64,000 nucleotides of DNA from Limisphaerales bacterium. Lineage in GTDB: Bacteria; Verrucomicrobiota; Verrucomicrobiia; Limisphaerales; JAJOIW01. Below, piece by piece: positions 39,851 through 61,526 of this stretch; the stretch's first letter is position 1; each line of letters begins with the position of its first letter. The stretch covers positions 1-64,000 of the forward strand of contig CBFHOE010000010.1 of the NCBI GenBank assembly GCA_965657355.1. Reading direction: 5' to 3'. Both the position numbers and the translations under genes were made by a program. Under the pieces are notes generated by a model. It was not told the origin of the DNA. It did no database searches and was given only the letters and a program-made list of their open reading frames with translations.

Positions 39851-41419
39851 TCATACTTGTTGAGGGGCAGGATGACGCCAACTCCTATTCGTTCGCTGTA
39901 AAAGGCCATCAGAAGGAGTAGGGCCCCAAGAACCGGCAGGGTAAAATTCATCGTCCGCCATTGGGCGATCTCCCCATCCATTACGAATAGAATCGACAAA
40001 AGCCCATGCTACTTCAAGTTCATCCCGTCGAATAAATAGGGTTGGATCACCAGCCATCGCTTCAAGTAACAATCTTTCGTATGCCTCTGGAGTATAGGCT
40101 CCAAATTCAGAGTCGTAGGAAAATCTCATTCGGACGGGCCTGAGCTGCATATTGGCGCCAGGTATTTTCCCATTGATATGAAGGGTAATTCCCTCGTCTG
40201 GCTGCAGCCTTAATGTCATGGAGTTTGCATCGAGATTAGTTCCGCACTGAGCCGCAAAAAGAACCTGCGGAGGGCGCTTAAACTGAATTCTAACCTCACT
40301 TGCTTTAAATGGTAGATTCTTACCTGTTCTTAAATAAAAAGGAACTCCAGACCACCTCCAATTATCTATCCAGACTTTCATCCCCACATAGGTTTCTACA
40401 TTCGATTGGGGATCTACCCTGGGCTCATGCCTGTATGCCGGTCTATCTTCGCCATCGACAACTCCACCTGTGTATTGTCCGCGGACGACCATACGGCCAA
40501 CCATTTCCGGGGTCATAGGCCTGATGGACCGCAAAAGCTTCACTTTTTCATCCCGGATCGCCTCGGCCTCCAGATGTCCAGGCGGCTCCATTGCAGTGAG
40601 TGCAAGAACTTGCAAAAGGTGATTTTGAACCATGTCGCGTAAAGCCCCGGCATCTTCATAGTACCCCCCCCGATTTCCGACGCCCATATCTTCACTGACT
40701 GTGATCTGAATATGATCTATAGACTCTCTATTCCAATTTTGCTCAATGAGATAATTTGAAAAACGAAAGACAAGAATATTTTGGACAGTTTCTTTTCCAA
40801 GGTAATGATCTATTCTGAAGATCTGCTTTTCATGAGCAAATTTATTAAGGGCTGTATTAAGCTCTTGAGCAGATTTTAAATCTGTTCCAAATGGTTTTTC
40901 GACAACCAATCTTTCGGAATGGTCATCATTTTCATTTTTGTTAAGAAGACCTGTCGAATGAAGATTCTCAGCGACGAGGGCAAATTGTGTCGGACTGGTG
41001 GCTAAGTAAAATAATAAATTCTTCCTTAAACGAGGGTCGCCAAATTCAGACAACATTTTTTCGAGCTTCTTGTATCCCTCAATGTCATCAAATGATGCCT
41101 GACAATAGTGGACGTTATTGCAAAACTCGTCCCATTTCTGCGGAGTCTCATCTTTAGTTCGAGAGTATTTAGTAAATCCTTCTAATAATTCATTTCTCCA
41201 ATTCTGGTCCGTTTTTTCCCGCCGAGCAAAGCCAACAACCTTAAATGGATTTGGTAACGCACCTTCCTCAAATAAATGGTATAAAGCCGGAATTAGCTTT
41301 CGGTAGGTCAAATCCCCGCTAGCGCCAAAAATAATAATTGTACAGGGTTCTACGATTTTTCTGGCATGATCCAAACGGCAAATCATTAACTCATCAAGTT
41401 CCTGGTCATTAAAATCCAT
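39851..41419 (-). CDS. zwf: Glucose-6-phosphate 1-dehydrogenase
   Basis: FGASGDL..RKL.PAL, VEKPFG, RIDHYLGKE, RDMVQNH, WSGVPFYLRTGK. Confidence 0.97.
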   Translation of the reverse strand: MDFNDQELDELMICRLDHARKIVEPCTIIIFGASGDLTYRKLIPALYHLFEEGALPNPFKVVGFARREKTDQNWRNELLEGFTKYSRTKDETPQKWDEFCNNVHYCQASFDDIEGYKKLEKMLSEFGDPRLRKNLLFYLATSPTQFALVAENLHSTGLLNKNENDDHSERLVVEKPFGTDLKSAQELNTALNKFAHEKQIFRIDHYLGKETVQNILVFRFSNYLIEQNWNRESIDHIQITVSEDMGVGNRGGYYEDAGALRDMVQNHLLQVLALTAMEPPGHLEAEAIRDEKVKLLRSIRPMTPEMVGRMVVRGQYTGGVVDGEDRPAYRHEPRVDPQSNVETYVGMKVWIDNWRWSGVPFYLRTGKNLPFKASEVRIQFKRPPQVLFAAQCGTNLDANSMTLRLQPDEGITLHINGKIPGANMQLRPVRMRFSYDSEFGAYTPEAYERLLLEAMAGDPTLFIRRDELEVAWAFVDSIRNGWGDRPMADDEFYPAGSWGPTPSDGLLQRTNRSWRHPAPQQV

Positions 41420-41483
41420 TTAAAGGTATTGTGTGCCGACTTTGCTTTCCCATCAAGTAGCAAGTGACAGAATGACCTGCGAG

Positions 41484-41512
41484 TTGACGGTATGGCGCTT
41501 TAGACTTAGTTT
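41484..41512 (+). promoter_or_regulatory. Sigma70-type promoter, probably leaderless iscA transcript
   Basis: TTGACG-N17-TAGTTT, 6 nt before ATG 41519, no SD. Confidence 0.5.
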
Positions 41513-41518
41513 AGGCGC

Positions 41519-41905
41519 ATGATTTCGGGGTCTACCTCAAGAAAAAAAGAAGCGGGAAACGTTCGAATTGGTGACGAAAGGCTTGTAAAGCTGACAACCA
41601 ATGCAGCCCACAAAGTGATATCGCTTTTGGAAAGACAGGGCCGCCCAGGAGGCGTCCTCAGAGTCGCTGTGATTGGTGGTGGATGTTCGGGCCTTCAATA
41701 CAAATTAGATCTGCAAGGAGCCCCCGCCAATAGAGATATCATGGTGGATTCTCAAGGCGTCCAGGTAGTGGTCGATCCTAAAAGCGCTTTATACGTCACA
41801 GGGTCCGAGATCGATTTTTTAGAATCGCTGGAGGAAACTGGTTTTAAAGTGCATAATCCAAATGCTGCTACAACATGTTCTTGTGGAGAATCCTTCAGTG
41901 CTTGA
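41519..41905 (+). CDS. iscA: A-type Fe-S carrier protein (IscA/HesB/ErpA family)
   Basis: GGGCSGLQY, NPNA and CSCGESF. Confidence 0.9.
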   Translation: MISGSTSRKKEAGNVRIGDERLVKLTTNAAHKVISLLERQGRPGGVLRVAVIGGGCSGLQYKLDLQGAPANRDIMVDSQGVQVVVDPKSALYVTGSEIDFLESLEETGFKVHNPNAATTCSCGESFSA

Positions 41906-41967
41906 GGCAAAGCAATCTATTTGGTAATGAGTAGAATGTCCTCCGTAAAGTTTCCCTCCAAGTCTTT

Positions 41968-42567
41968 ATGACAGATTATTTTCAAACGTTGGGACTACCG
42001 CGTCTTCCGTGGCTGGAGACAGAGGCCATTAACAAGCAATACCTTGAGCTTTCGCGTCTCTGGCACCCCGACAAATTTCATACTGCCGAAGAAAGCGAAA
42101 AGCAAAAGGCCGAGGAAAAATACTCTGAAATAAACCAGGCAAATCAAATTATTTCGAACCATTCATCGAGGATCCGACATTTGTTGACTCTTGAGTCTAA
42201 TTCTCCACCTTCGGTTGTGGAGCAGCTCCCCAATGAAGTAATGGATTTGTTTATGAGTGTTGAGAAAATCCTCAAGCAATTTGAAGGCTGTATTAAAGAG
42301 AAGGAGTCGCTCACCAATCCTATTCTCAAAATGGGAGTCGTGAAAAGAGCAATGGACTTATCAGATTTGGCTCAGTCTGTATTGGATAATTTAAATCATT
42401 ACCAGAGCAAACTGATGACAGACTTGAAAGCTTTGAGTGCGAAATGGGATCAGAAAAACCCATCGGAACTCCTGGATTCACTTGAGGGCATTTACAGATC
42501 ACTAACTCATATAGAGAAGTGGATTCAAAAGCTAAACGAGAAGAAGTTTCAAGCACAAATGCCATAG
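41968..42567 (+). CDS. hscB: HscB-like J-domain co-chaperone
   Basis: DYF..LGL, WHPDKF and INQA...I.....R..LL, adjacent to iscA. Confidence 0.75.
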   Translation: MTDYFQTLGLPRLPWLETEAINKQYLELSRLWHPDKFHTAEESEKQKAEEKYSEINQANQIISNHSSRIRHLLTLESNSPPSVVEQLPNEVMDLFMSVEKILKQFEGCIKEKESLTNPILKMGVVKRAMDLSDLAQSVLDNLNHYQSKLMTDLKALSAKWDQKNPSELLDSLEGIYRSLTHIEKWIQKLNEKKFQAQMP

Positions 42568-42702
42568 GTAATAGTGATCCAATATCAATCCAGGCCAGAA
42601 CTTCACAATTGACCCCGTAGCCTTTTGAATCTGAAAAAGATAAAAAAGGCCATTTATAACTCGCCCCTAGTAATTCAGCTCGTCTCGCTTTGCTCAATCT
42701 GA

Positions 42703-44157
42703 CTAAGCAAGAATGTCTTTGTGAATGAATGGATCACTCGAAGGCCCAATCAGCCTTTGGTTCAAGCCCTGAAATGGCACTGAGAATTTAAAAGGATCGA
42801 GGCCAAGTTGGTCTAAAATAGTGGCCTGAAGATCGTGCACGTGCATTTTATTTTTGGTGATGTTGTATCCTAATTCATCAGTCTCCCCGTATACATATCC
42901 TTTCTTAATTCCTGCGCCAGCCATCCAGATAGAGAAACAATTAGGGTGGTGATCTCTACCAAGCCATTTGACGCCTCCACGTGCTTCATTCATTGGAGTT
43001 CTGCCAAATTCTCCTCCCCATACGACCAGGGTTTCGTCTAACATTCCCCTCTGCTTGAGATCCTGAAGAAGGGCGGTCATTGGACGGTCAATGTCTCGGC
43101 ACTTATTAGGTAGCGCTGTATTGAGCGCATTGCCCTTTGAATTACCATGGATATCCCAACCCCAATCGAATAATTGAATAAATCGAACACCCTGTTCGGC
43201 AAGTTTACGTGCGAGAAGACAATTGTTTGCGAATGATGATTTCCCGGGCTGAGCTCCGTATGATTCCAATATGGACTGAGGTTCTTTGGAAATATCCATA
43301 ACCTCGGGCACGCTAATCTGCATTTTATAAGCCAGTTCATACTGACTGATTCTAGTCATTGTCTCAGGATCACCAGCCAAGTCATATTCCAATGCATTCA
43401 ATTTATTAAGCGCATCAATACTTCTTCTTCTTACCGACCTGTTCATCCCTTTTGGATTGGTAACGTAAAGAATGGGTTCTCCTGAAGTTCTGCACTGGAC
43501 CCCCTGGTAAACCGAAGGAAGGAATCCGCTGCTCCATAAACTCTTGCCACCACTCGGATCAGTTCCCCCGGAGCCCAACACGACGAAGCCAGGAAGATTC
43601 TCATTCTCTGAACCTAACCCATATGTGGCCCAGGAACCAAATGAAGCATTTCCGAACTGGGCGGACCCAGTGAACAATAGAAGCTCAGCTGGGGCGTGAT
43701 TAAACTGGTCAGTATGCATCGATTTAATGATGGTTACGTCGTCGACCACTGACTTGAAGTGCGGAAGCAACTCTGTGATCTTGGTATCGCTTTTCCCAGC
43801 CCTAACAAAATTCTGCTGACAGCCGAGTAGTTTCGGGTGGCCTTTGGTAAAAGCAAGTCGTACCCCCTTAAAGAATTCTTCCGGGCATGGCTGCATGTGA
43901 AGCTCTCTTAATTTCGGCTTATCATCGAAAATATCTATTTGAGGTGGAGCCCCAGACATGTGGAGGTATATAACACGCTTGGCTTTTGCTGGACCCATAG
44001 GAGCTTTAGAAAGCATTGCGTTCGCACCATCTGCCTGACTTGCTGATGCGTTAGTCCCAAGCAATTGTGAGAGTGCCATTCCACCAAGTCCGACTTGGCA
44101 GTTTTTCAAGAATTGCCTTCGAGTTTTAAAAAGTAAGGAAGATTGCTGTTTATTCAC
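42703..44157 (-). CDS. DUF1501 family protein (Tat-exported)
   Basis: TRRQFL, AKRVIYLHMSG.P, WDIH, WGGEFGRTP, GRDHH. Confidence 0.93.
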   Translation of the reverse strand: MNKQQSSLLFKTRRQFLKNCQVGLGGMALSQLLGTNASASQADGANAMLSKAPMGPAKAKRVIYLHMSGAPPQIDIFDDKPKLRELHMQPCPEEFFKGVRLAFTKGHPKLLGCQQNFVRAGKSDTKITELLPHFKSVVDDVTIIKSMHTDQFNHAPAELLLFTGSAQFGNASFGSWATYGLGSENENLPGFVVLGSGGTDPSGGKSLWSSGFLPSVYQGVQCRTSGEPILYVTNPKGMNRSVRRRSIDALNKLNALEYDLAGDPETMTRISQYELAYKMQISVPEVMDISKEPQSILESYGAQPGKSSFANNCLLARKLAEQGVRFIQLFDWGWDIHGNSKGNALNTALPNKCRDIDRPMTALLQDLKQRGMLDETLVVWGGEFGRTPMNEARGGVKWLGRDHHPNCFSIWMAGAGIKKGYVYGETDELGYNITKNKMHVHDLQATILDQLGLDPFKFSVPFQGLNQRLIGPSSDPFIHKDILA

Positions 44158-44160
44158 TTA

Positions 44161-47145
44161 TTACCCTTTCATTAAAAAGCCATCAAGATTGAGAATGACA
44201 TTGGCAACAACAACCCAAGCTGCTGACTCCTCTATGGGTATGTCATCACTGAAATGTTCTTTGAAGCGACCTAACATCTCTTTGGCCTGGTCCGGATGAT
44301 TCTTATAATGCTCCACCTCTGAAAGGTAGAGTTCTTCAAGGACTTTTATTTGTTCCGGGCTTGCAGGCCTGACCAGTGCTGTTTGCAAAGCAAATGTTAA
44401 AGCTTCATTAATGACTTTAAATTTCTTCTCCGCTATACGGAGAGCAAAGCCTTGTGACATTTCTACAAAGGCAGGATCATTCATGGTGACGAATGCTTGC
44501 AGCGGGGTATTGGTAGGAATCCTACGTATCGTGCACGTCTCCCTGCTGGGGGCATCGAAAGTCGCCATGGATGGGTATGGTATCGATCTCCTCAGAAATG
44601 TGTACAGACCTCTTCGATATCTGTCTTCATTTTCACTTGTCGCCCAATTCCTTTGCCCATTGAATGCAGCTCTCCAGAGACCATCTGGCTGTGGGGGGAA
44701 AACAGACGGCCCACGAAGTTTTTGACTCAGAAGTCCAGAAACGCTGAGCGACTGGTCTCGGACCAACTCCGCATCTAAACGAATACGAGACATGCGAGCT
44801 AGCAAAATATTGTTGGGATCTTTTTCAAGTTTCTCGGATTGAACAATACTGCTTTGTCTGTATGTCGCAGATGTCACGATAAGTTTGACAAGTTTTTTCA
44901 TGTCCCATTCGAGGTCATTTTGAAAAGTCGAAGCGAGCCAATCCAACAACTCAGGATGGGATGGCATCTTTCCTTGCGACCCAAAGTCTTCTTCAGTTTC
45001 CACGAGCCCTTTTCCAAATATTCTCGCCCAAAAGCGATTTACGGAAACTCTTGCGGTCAAAGGGTTTTGTTTGTCCATCAGCCATTTTGCTACACCCAAC
45101 CTATTTTTCGGGGCGCCTTCTGGTAGATTGTGAAACGCAGATGGAACACTGGCAGCGACCTTTTCACCTTGGTTCAAGAAGCTGCCTTTGACGAGAACAT
45201 GGGTGAGGCGCTTTTTGTCTGCGCTGCGCTCTTGCATGATCGGGGTCTTGATCACTCTATTTTCAATATCTCGCTTTTTATTGGAGGCATCTGCAAGTTG
45301 TTTCTTCAATACCCTTACCGTTGAGCTAGTATCAAGAAAGTGCTTTTCAATTTTTTTCTTTTCCTCATCGCTGAGCCCTTTTTCTTCTTTGCCGACAAGA
45401 GCAATAATTTCATCCGGGGCATTCTTGTCCTTAAGATTAAAATAAAACCCATATCCTCCGGACCCGTTAGCCACTTTTATCAAAAGTTTATTTTCGCCTT
45501 TATTAAGCTCAAGCCCGAGAATTTCTTGGTCCTTTGCAACTCCACGACTCACTTTGTTATCGAGGATTTTTTTTCCATTTAAAAAAACTTGAATACTGTC
45601 GTCGCTTCCCAATGAAACATAGCGGTGCGTGGCATTTTCAACAGTAATAGTGCGGTATAGATAAGTCGCTGAATTATCACCTTCCAAGGAAGTAATAACA
45701 CCATCTTTCCATTCAGGCTTTTCTGCCCATCGTAGTTTTTTATCCCCGCTCTCCACGTCCTTCTCGAAGTCTATAGAAGAAAATTTCACGAACTCCTTGC
45801 TATGGGCTTCATCAAAACTTTTTGCTTTGAATGGCCCAATTGACATCCAAGAACTCAAGACGAGGGAATTATTGGGTTGAGGTTCCTGCAATTTCGTTTT
45901 CCATTCCTCATACTCTTTTTTCAAATCTCCGTTAATTGTCGTCGTCGCTGGATTTAATCTGTCTATCTCTGATTGAAGCTCGGCTATTTTTAATTCTTGC
46001 TGACGGGTTGGTGTAGAAAGCTTTGGAAATTCATCACCTCTATCAGAATCAGCGGTCTGATTGAAGAAATCATAAAACTCATAGTATTCCTTGATGCTAA
46101 TCGGGTCATACTTATGAGTATGACACTTGGCGCACCCCATAGTTAATCCCATCCATACCTGAACAGTCGTGTCGACGCGGTCACGAACAGCTTCTGTTCG
46201 AAACTCTTCATCATCCGTGCCTCCCTCAGTATTTGTCTTTGTATTCCTGTGGAAGGCAGTAGCTAGGAGTTGATCCTTTGTTGGATTTTCAAACAAGTCA
46301 CCTGCAATTTGCTCGTAAGTAAATTGCTCATAGGAAAGATTTTTATTCCAGGCATCTATCACCCAGTCTCTGTATTTCCAAATCGTTCTCAATGGATCAG
46401 ATCCGTATCCAGCCGAATCAGCATACCGAGCAAGGTCCAACCACATGGACGCCCACTTTTCGCCATAAGCTGGATTATCCAACAACTTATCCACAAGTTT
46501 TTCATATGTCTCTGGATCTTCATTATTGGCAAATTCCTGAGCTTCCTTCCATGTGGGGGGAAGTCCGGTTAAATCGAGATAGAGACGCCTCACTAGAGTG
46601 TAAGGGTCGGCCTGTAGGCTCGGCTCAAACCCGGCATTCTCTATTCCATCCAGCGTAAAGTAATCTATTCCATTGATGGGCCATGCCGTGTTTTGAACCG
46701 TCGGGTAATCTGGTTTTGAGAGAGGGTTGAAGCTCCAATGCCTTTCATAATTGGCACCCTGCTCAATCCATTTCTCGAGTATATCTGCCTGCTCCGGAGT
46801 GATGGCATGGCCAGTTTCCGGGGGCGGCATCACTTCATCCGGATCTTTGGAGCGTATCCGCTCCATAATGATGCTCGCTTGTGGGTTGCCGGGCGCAATA
46901 GCCTTAAATCCATCAATTTCGCGCGTGGCTTCTTCAAATAAATCTAAACGTAAATCCGCCTTCAGGGACGACTCATCCGGCCCATGACAAGAATAACAAT
47001 TGGAAGCAAGAATGGGGCGTATGTGCTTGTTGAAAGACAAATTCCCCGAACCAACATTTGAGGCCCACAAACCCGGAATGATGACGAGCCCAGCCAGGAA
47101 AAGTATGAGAACCCCTTGAATTCGCTTTGATCTGTGGTGTATCAC
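44161..47145 (-). CDS. PSD1 / planctomycete cytochrome c, DUF1549-DUF1553 protein
   Basis: CYSCHGPD, RRLYLDLTGLPP, WLDLARYADS, CAKCHTHKYDP, NPLTARV.VNR.W, TNTPLQA. Confidence 0.93.
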   Translation of the reverse strand: MIHHRSKRIQGVLILFLAGLVIIPGLWASNVGSGNLSFNKHIRPILASNCYSCHGPDESSLKADLRLDLFEEATREIDGFKAIAPGNPQASIIMERIRSKDPDEVMPPPETGHAITPEQADILEKWIEQGANYERHWSFNPLSKPDYPTVQNTAWPINGIDYFTLDGIENAGFEPSLQADPYTLVRRLYLDLTGLPPTWKEAQEFANNEDPETYEKLVDKLLDNPAYGEKWASMWLDLARYADSAGYGSDPLRTIWKYRDWVIDAWNKNLSYEQFTYEQIAGDLFENPTKDQLLATAFHRNTKTNTEGGTDDEEFRTEAVRDRVDTTVQVWMGLTMGCAKCHTHKYDPISIKEYYEFYDFFNQTADSDRGDEFPKLSTPTRQQELKIAELQSEIDRLNPATTTINGDLKKEYEEWKTKLQEPQPNNSLVLSSWMSIGPFKAKSFDEAHSKEFVKFSSIDFEKDVESGDKKLRWAEKPEWKDGVITSLEGDNSATYLYRTITVENATHRYVSLGSDDSIQVFLNGKKILDNKVSRGVAKDQEILGLELNKGENKLLIKVANGSGGYGFYFNLKDKNAPDEIIALVGKEEKGLSDEEKKKIEKHFLDTSSTVRVLKKQLADASNKKRDIENRVIKTPIMQERSADKKRLTHVLVKGSFLNQGEKVAASVPSAFHNLPEGAPKNRLGVAKWLMDKQNPLTARVSVNRFWARIFGKGLVETEEDFGSQGKMPSHPELLDWLASTFQNDLEWDMKKLVKLIVTSATYRQSSIVQSEKLEKDPNNILLARMSRIRLDAELVRDQSLSVSGLLSQKLRGPSVFPPQPDGLWRAAFNGQRNWATSENEDRYRRGLYTFLRRSIPYPSMATFDAPSRETCTIRRIPTNTPLQAFVTMNDPAFVEMSQGFALRIAEKKFKVINEALTFALQTALVRPASPEQIKVLEELYLSEVEHYKNHPDQAKEMLGRFKEHFSDDIPIEESAAWVVVANVILNLDGFLMKG

Positions 47146-47151
47146 AAGAAC

Positions 47152-47179
47152 ATTATAGCAAATTAACTCATTTGAGCAA
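47152..47179 (-). promoter_or_regulatory. Sigma70 extended -10 promoter, probably leaderless
   Basis: TTGCTC-N16-TATAAT with TGn extension, 6 nt before the GTG at 47145. Confidence 0.6.
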
Positions 47180-47237
47180 TCCCCAGGAGCAGGATGGATT
47201 TTGGAATCCAGATATGGCTTTCGGTCAGAAAAGGAGG

Positions 47238-49097
47238 TTAATTTGCCATCAATCTGAAAAATTCGGTTCGTTCGGAAAATGGAAGTTTAACGACATAGAG
47301 TCCACCAATTTCCGTGGGCTGTAGATCCAGCCTTGACCAATTTGCCCCGATGGAGCCAATCGATTCTATCGAATACACCGTATTTCTCACCGGCCAGCTC
47401 AATTCCAATGAATCCCCGGACCTACGAACCTCTAACCTGACATCAGGCTCAGGGCCGTCCGCCATTCTGACTTGCGCGGTCGAAGAGGTCACCACGAGGC
47501 CTGATGATGTCATGACCACATAATATTGACCGACAATCTCCTCACTGGGACCACTCAGCCTCAAGGTTGATGAATTACTATTGGGTATCTCATTCCCATC
47601 TTGAAACCACTTATACCGGATACTCGATGGGCTCGTTACAACCACTTGTAAGGTCACCGGCTCGCCTTCCGAAACAGCTTTGTCTGATGGTTGCTCCAAT
47701 ATTGTTAACTCAGGAGCAGAGACAACTAAAACAGCTGGTTCGGTGGTCACCGCTGACTCATCATTATTTGCAGCAAGTGCATATTCTCCTGAATCGTCTG
47801 TGGTCAAATCACTCAGCGTCAAAACCGCCGAAGTAGCCCCGGGAATGGGTTCCCCATTTTTCAACCACTGATAGTCGATTTCCAAAGAGCCAATAATACT
47901 AGCGCTGAATGTGTGACTCTGCCCCAGGAGAGCGATGTGACTTTGAGGAGGGCTCTGTACTTTTAATGGACCTGTGATGGGGACAAGCAGACCAGGAAGT
48001 GAGTCTACCTGGTCGAGTGAATTTGAGACAGTAACACGGTACTGACCTGCATCTAGCTCGGATACAGGTGAGATAACCAATAAATTATCATTTGCACCAG
48101 GGATTGCCACTCCATCTTTATACCATTGGTAGCTCAATTTTTTCTCAGATTCAGCTTGAACATTAAATTCTGCTGTTCCACCCATGAGAACTTCATACGA
48201 TGCTGGATTTCTGATGATATCAATGCTCTGTCTGTCCAGGGAGAAGGTAATTGGGTCAGATTCAATAATAGTATCCAATGTCGAAATCTGGACGTAATAT
48301 TCTCCTTCATCAGCTGCTGAAAAATCGTATATATCGTAAGATGGAATATTCGAAGGAATGGATATCGGCTCCCCATTTTTAAACCATTTGTATTCAGGTA
48401 TGACGCCATCATCGGATTCGATGACGACCCACAACCCAGCTCGGACGCCAGATTTGAAAGACTGGCTTGCTGCCATATTAACTATTCGTATAGCACCTGG
48501 AAGAACGCTTAAGACGGCTGTGTTACTTGTGACTGTTCCCGAGGGAGTGCTGATTTCCACTTTGTAATCTCCAGCATGACTCATTTTCACCGGGCTAAAG
48601 ACGAGCTCAGTAGAGTTCGAGTCGGGAACCGGAACCCCATTGTGATACCAGACATATCGATAGGCATCGCCTCCATCAACGACAACACTGAGAGAAGTCA
48701 CTATTCCCTCCTCGACGCTTAGGCTCTGCGGCTGCTCAGTAATAGTGAGGTCTGGTGCTGGTGAAACCCGAATCACGACTGGATGACTTTTTGTCTCCCC
48801 TACAGCGTCAGCGGCCAAGACGTAATAAATCCCAAAATCTGTCATTTTAATCGAGCTGAATAAAAGCGACGATCCCACAGCACCGGCAATAGCCACGTCA
48901 TTTTTATACCATTGGTAGGTCACACCATCTTGGATTTCTACCTCAACTGCTAAGGTAACATCTGTTCCTTCACTAACGACAACCGGCGCTGTAGGCTGAG
49001 AGATGATAACCGGCTGGCCCACAATCTCACGCATTCCTGTAAACAACACCACTGTAGCAATAGTATATAAAACTATCTTTCTCATCATTCCTTTCAT
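47238..49097 (-). CDS. Secreted protein with six tandem Ig (I-set-like) domains
   Basis: Signal peptide, six repeats of QP...V..G....L.V......YQW.K.G..I......L.......D.G.Y, C-terminal FFRL domain. Confidence 0.9.
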   Translation of the reverse strand: MKGMMRKIVLYTIATVVLFTGMREIVGQPVIISQPTAPVVVSEGTDVTLAVEVEIQDGVTYQWYKNDVAIAGAVGSSLLFSSIKMTDFGIYYVLAADAVGETKSHPVVIRVSPAPDLTITEQPQSLSVEEGIVTSLSVVVDGGDAYRYVWYHNGVPVPDSNSTELVFSPVKMSHAGDYKVEISTPSGTVTSNTAVLSVLPGAIRIVNMAASQSFKSGVRAGLWVVIESDDGVIPEYKWFKNGEPISIPSNIPSYDIYDFSAADEGEYYVQISTLDTIIESDPITFSLDRQSIDIIRNPASYEVLMGGTAEFNVQAESEKKLSYQWYKDGVAIPGANDNLLVISPVSELDAGQYRVTVSNSLDQVDSLPGLLVPITGPLKVQSPPQSHIALLGQSHTFSASIIGSLEIDYQWLKNGEPIPGATSAVLTLSDLTTDDSGEYALAANNDESAVTTEPAVLVVSAPELTILEQPSDKAVSEGEPVTLQVVVTSPSSIRYKWFQDGNEIPNSNSSTLRLSGPSEEIVGQYYVVMTSSGLVVTSSTAQVRMADGPEPDVRLEVRRSGDSLELSWPVRNTVYSIESIGSIGANWSRLDLQPTEIGGLYVVKLPFSERTEFFRLMAN

Positions 49098-49102
49098 TCC
49101 TT

Positions 49103-60409
<11,307 letters not shown>

Positions 60410-61264
60410 TCTTGGGTTTTGCTAATGTTTCTCTAAACGCACACGTTTAATGGAATCGACCTATAAGTGGCGCCACGAGCACGTTTATGATGGAACCATA
60501 TAGAAATATATTTATCGGGTGTTCCCCCTTTTTTTTAAGCTTTTGTCTACTATTAAGACTTTAACGAGTGTTCTTTCCCCGCTGGGTTGGAGAAAGATTT
60601 TGTGAGAGTGCAAAAAGCAAAAATAAGCCTGGTAAAACTCTCCATACTAAAGAATAGAGCTCCATTACATCTTTTTTACTTTGTTCAATTTGGATTGCCG
60701 TACAAAGGGGCGATTTGCGTTATCAGATCTCCATTCTCAGACATAAATACTTTATGTCGGGAATGATAAATGAAGGACAAAAGAGGTGTTTAGAATTCTT
60801 CAGCGTTTTTTATCGAACGGGTATTTTTCAGCTATATCGATTACAACTTAATGAAGGCGAGATAGTTAAGACTGAAAGAATAAATGTATCGCCGGCATTG
60901 GGAGCATTGGCAATTGACGTTCGAAGCGGCAAATAAAATTGATTTTTGGCTCACTGACCCAATGACGATTATGATTAAAATCAGTGGATTTGGCCGGGAA
61001 ATCTCCGAAGTTAGGTAAAAGTGCTGATGGGATAAAAGCCATGGATTATAACCGGCTGATCAATCATTTCTCCCGAGGTGCTTATAAAAGATTTTATTTG
61101 GAGCTGAAGAGAAATGCCCAGTGATAAGGGAATGATGATTGCATTGCCTGCCCCTCAATCCGTACCAAATAATATATTTGTAAACATTTGCCTTAAATGT
61201 GGACAAATACATGTCGATAAGAGAATTGAACGGAAGCAATTTCAATTCTTAATGCATTGAATCA

Positions 61265-61468
61265 GTGAGAAAAATTAGCATTCAAATAATTTTACATTAC
61301 TTGCTAGCTGGAGTGTCCGCTATCGCACTGATTGCTGCTGGAATCGGATTTGCCCATTTATACAAGGAGGGAAAGACCCGAGACGCTAGCAATAAAGCAG
61401 CATTTGAGGAAGAGATCTACCTCGCCAAGGAAGAAGACTTAGAAGAGGCTGAAAAATCCGAGAAATAG
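61265..61468 (+). CDS. Small single-TM hypothetical protein
   Basis: One hydrophobic helix followed by a charged tail; no overlapping larger ORF. Confidence 0.5.
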   Translation: MRKISIQIILHYLLAGVSAIALIAAGIGFAHLYKEGKTRDASNKAAFEEEIYLAKEEDLEEAEKSEK

Positions 61469-61526
61469 GCCTAATGCCTTTCAGAAGAATCATACCGGCA
61501 CGGCTGCCGTATGCCCGCACCCCAAT

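Noticed and set aside
60715..61245. Short ORFs 60715..60936 and 61060..61245 in the gap upstream of the adhesin
   Set aside because: No SD, motif or coding-like composition; probably non-coding.
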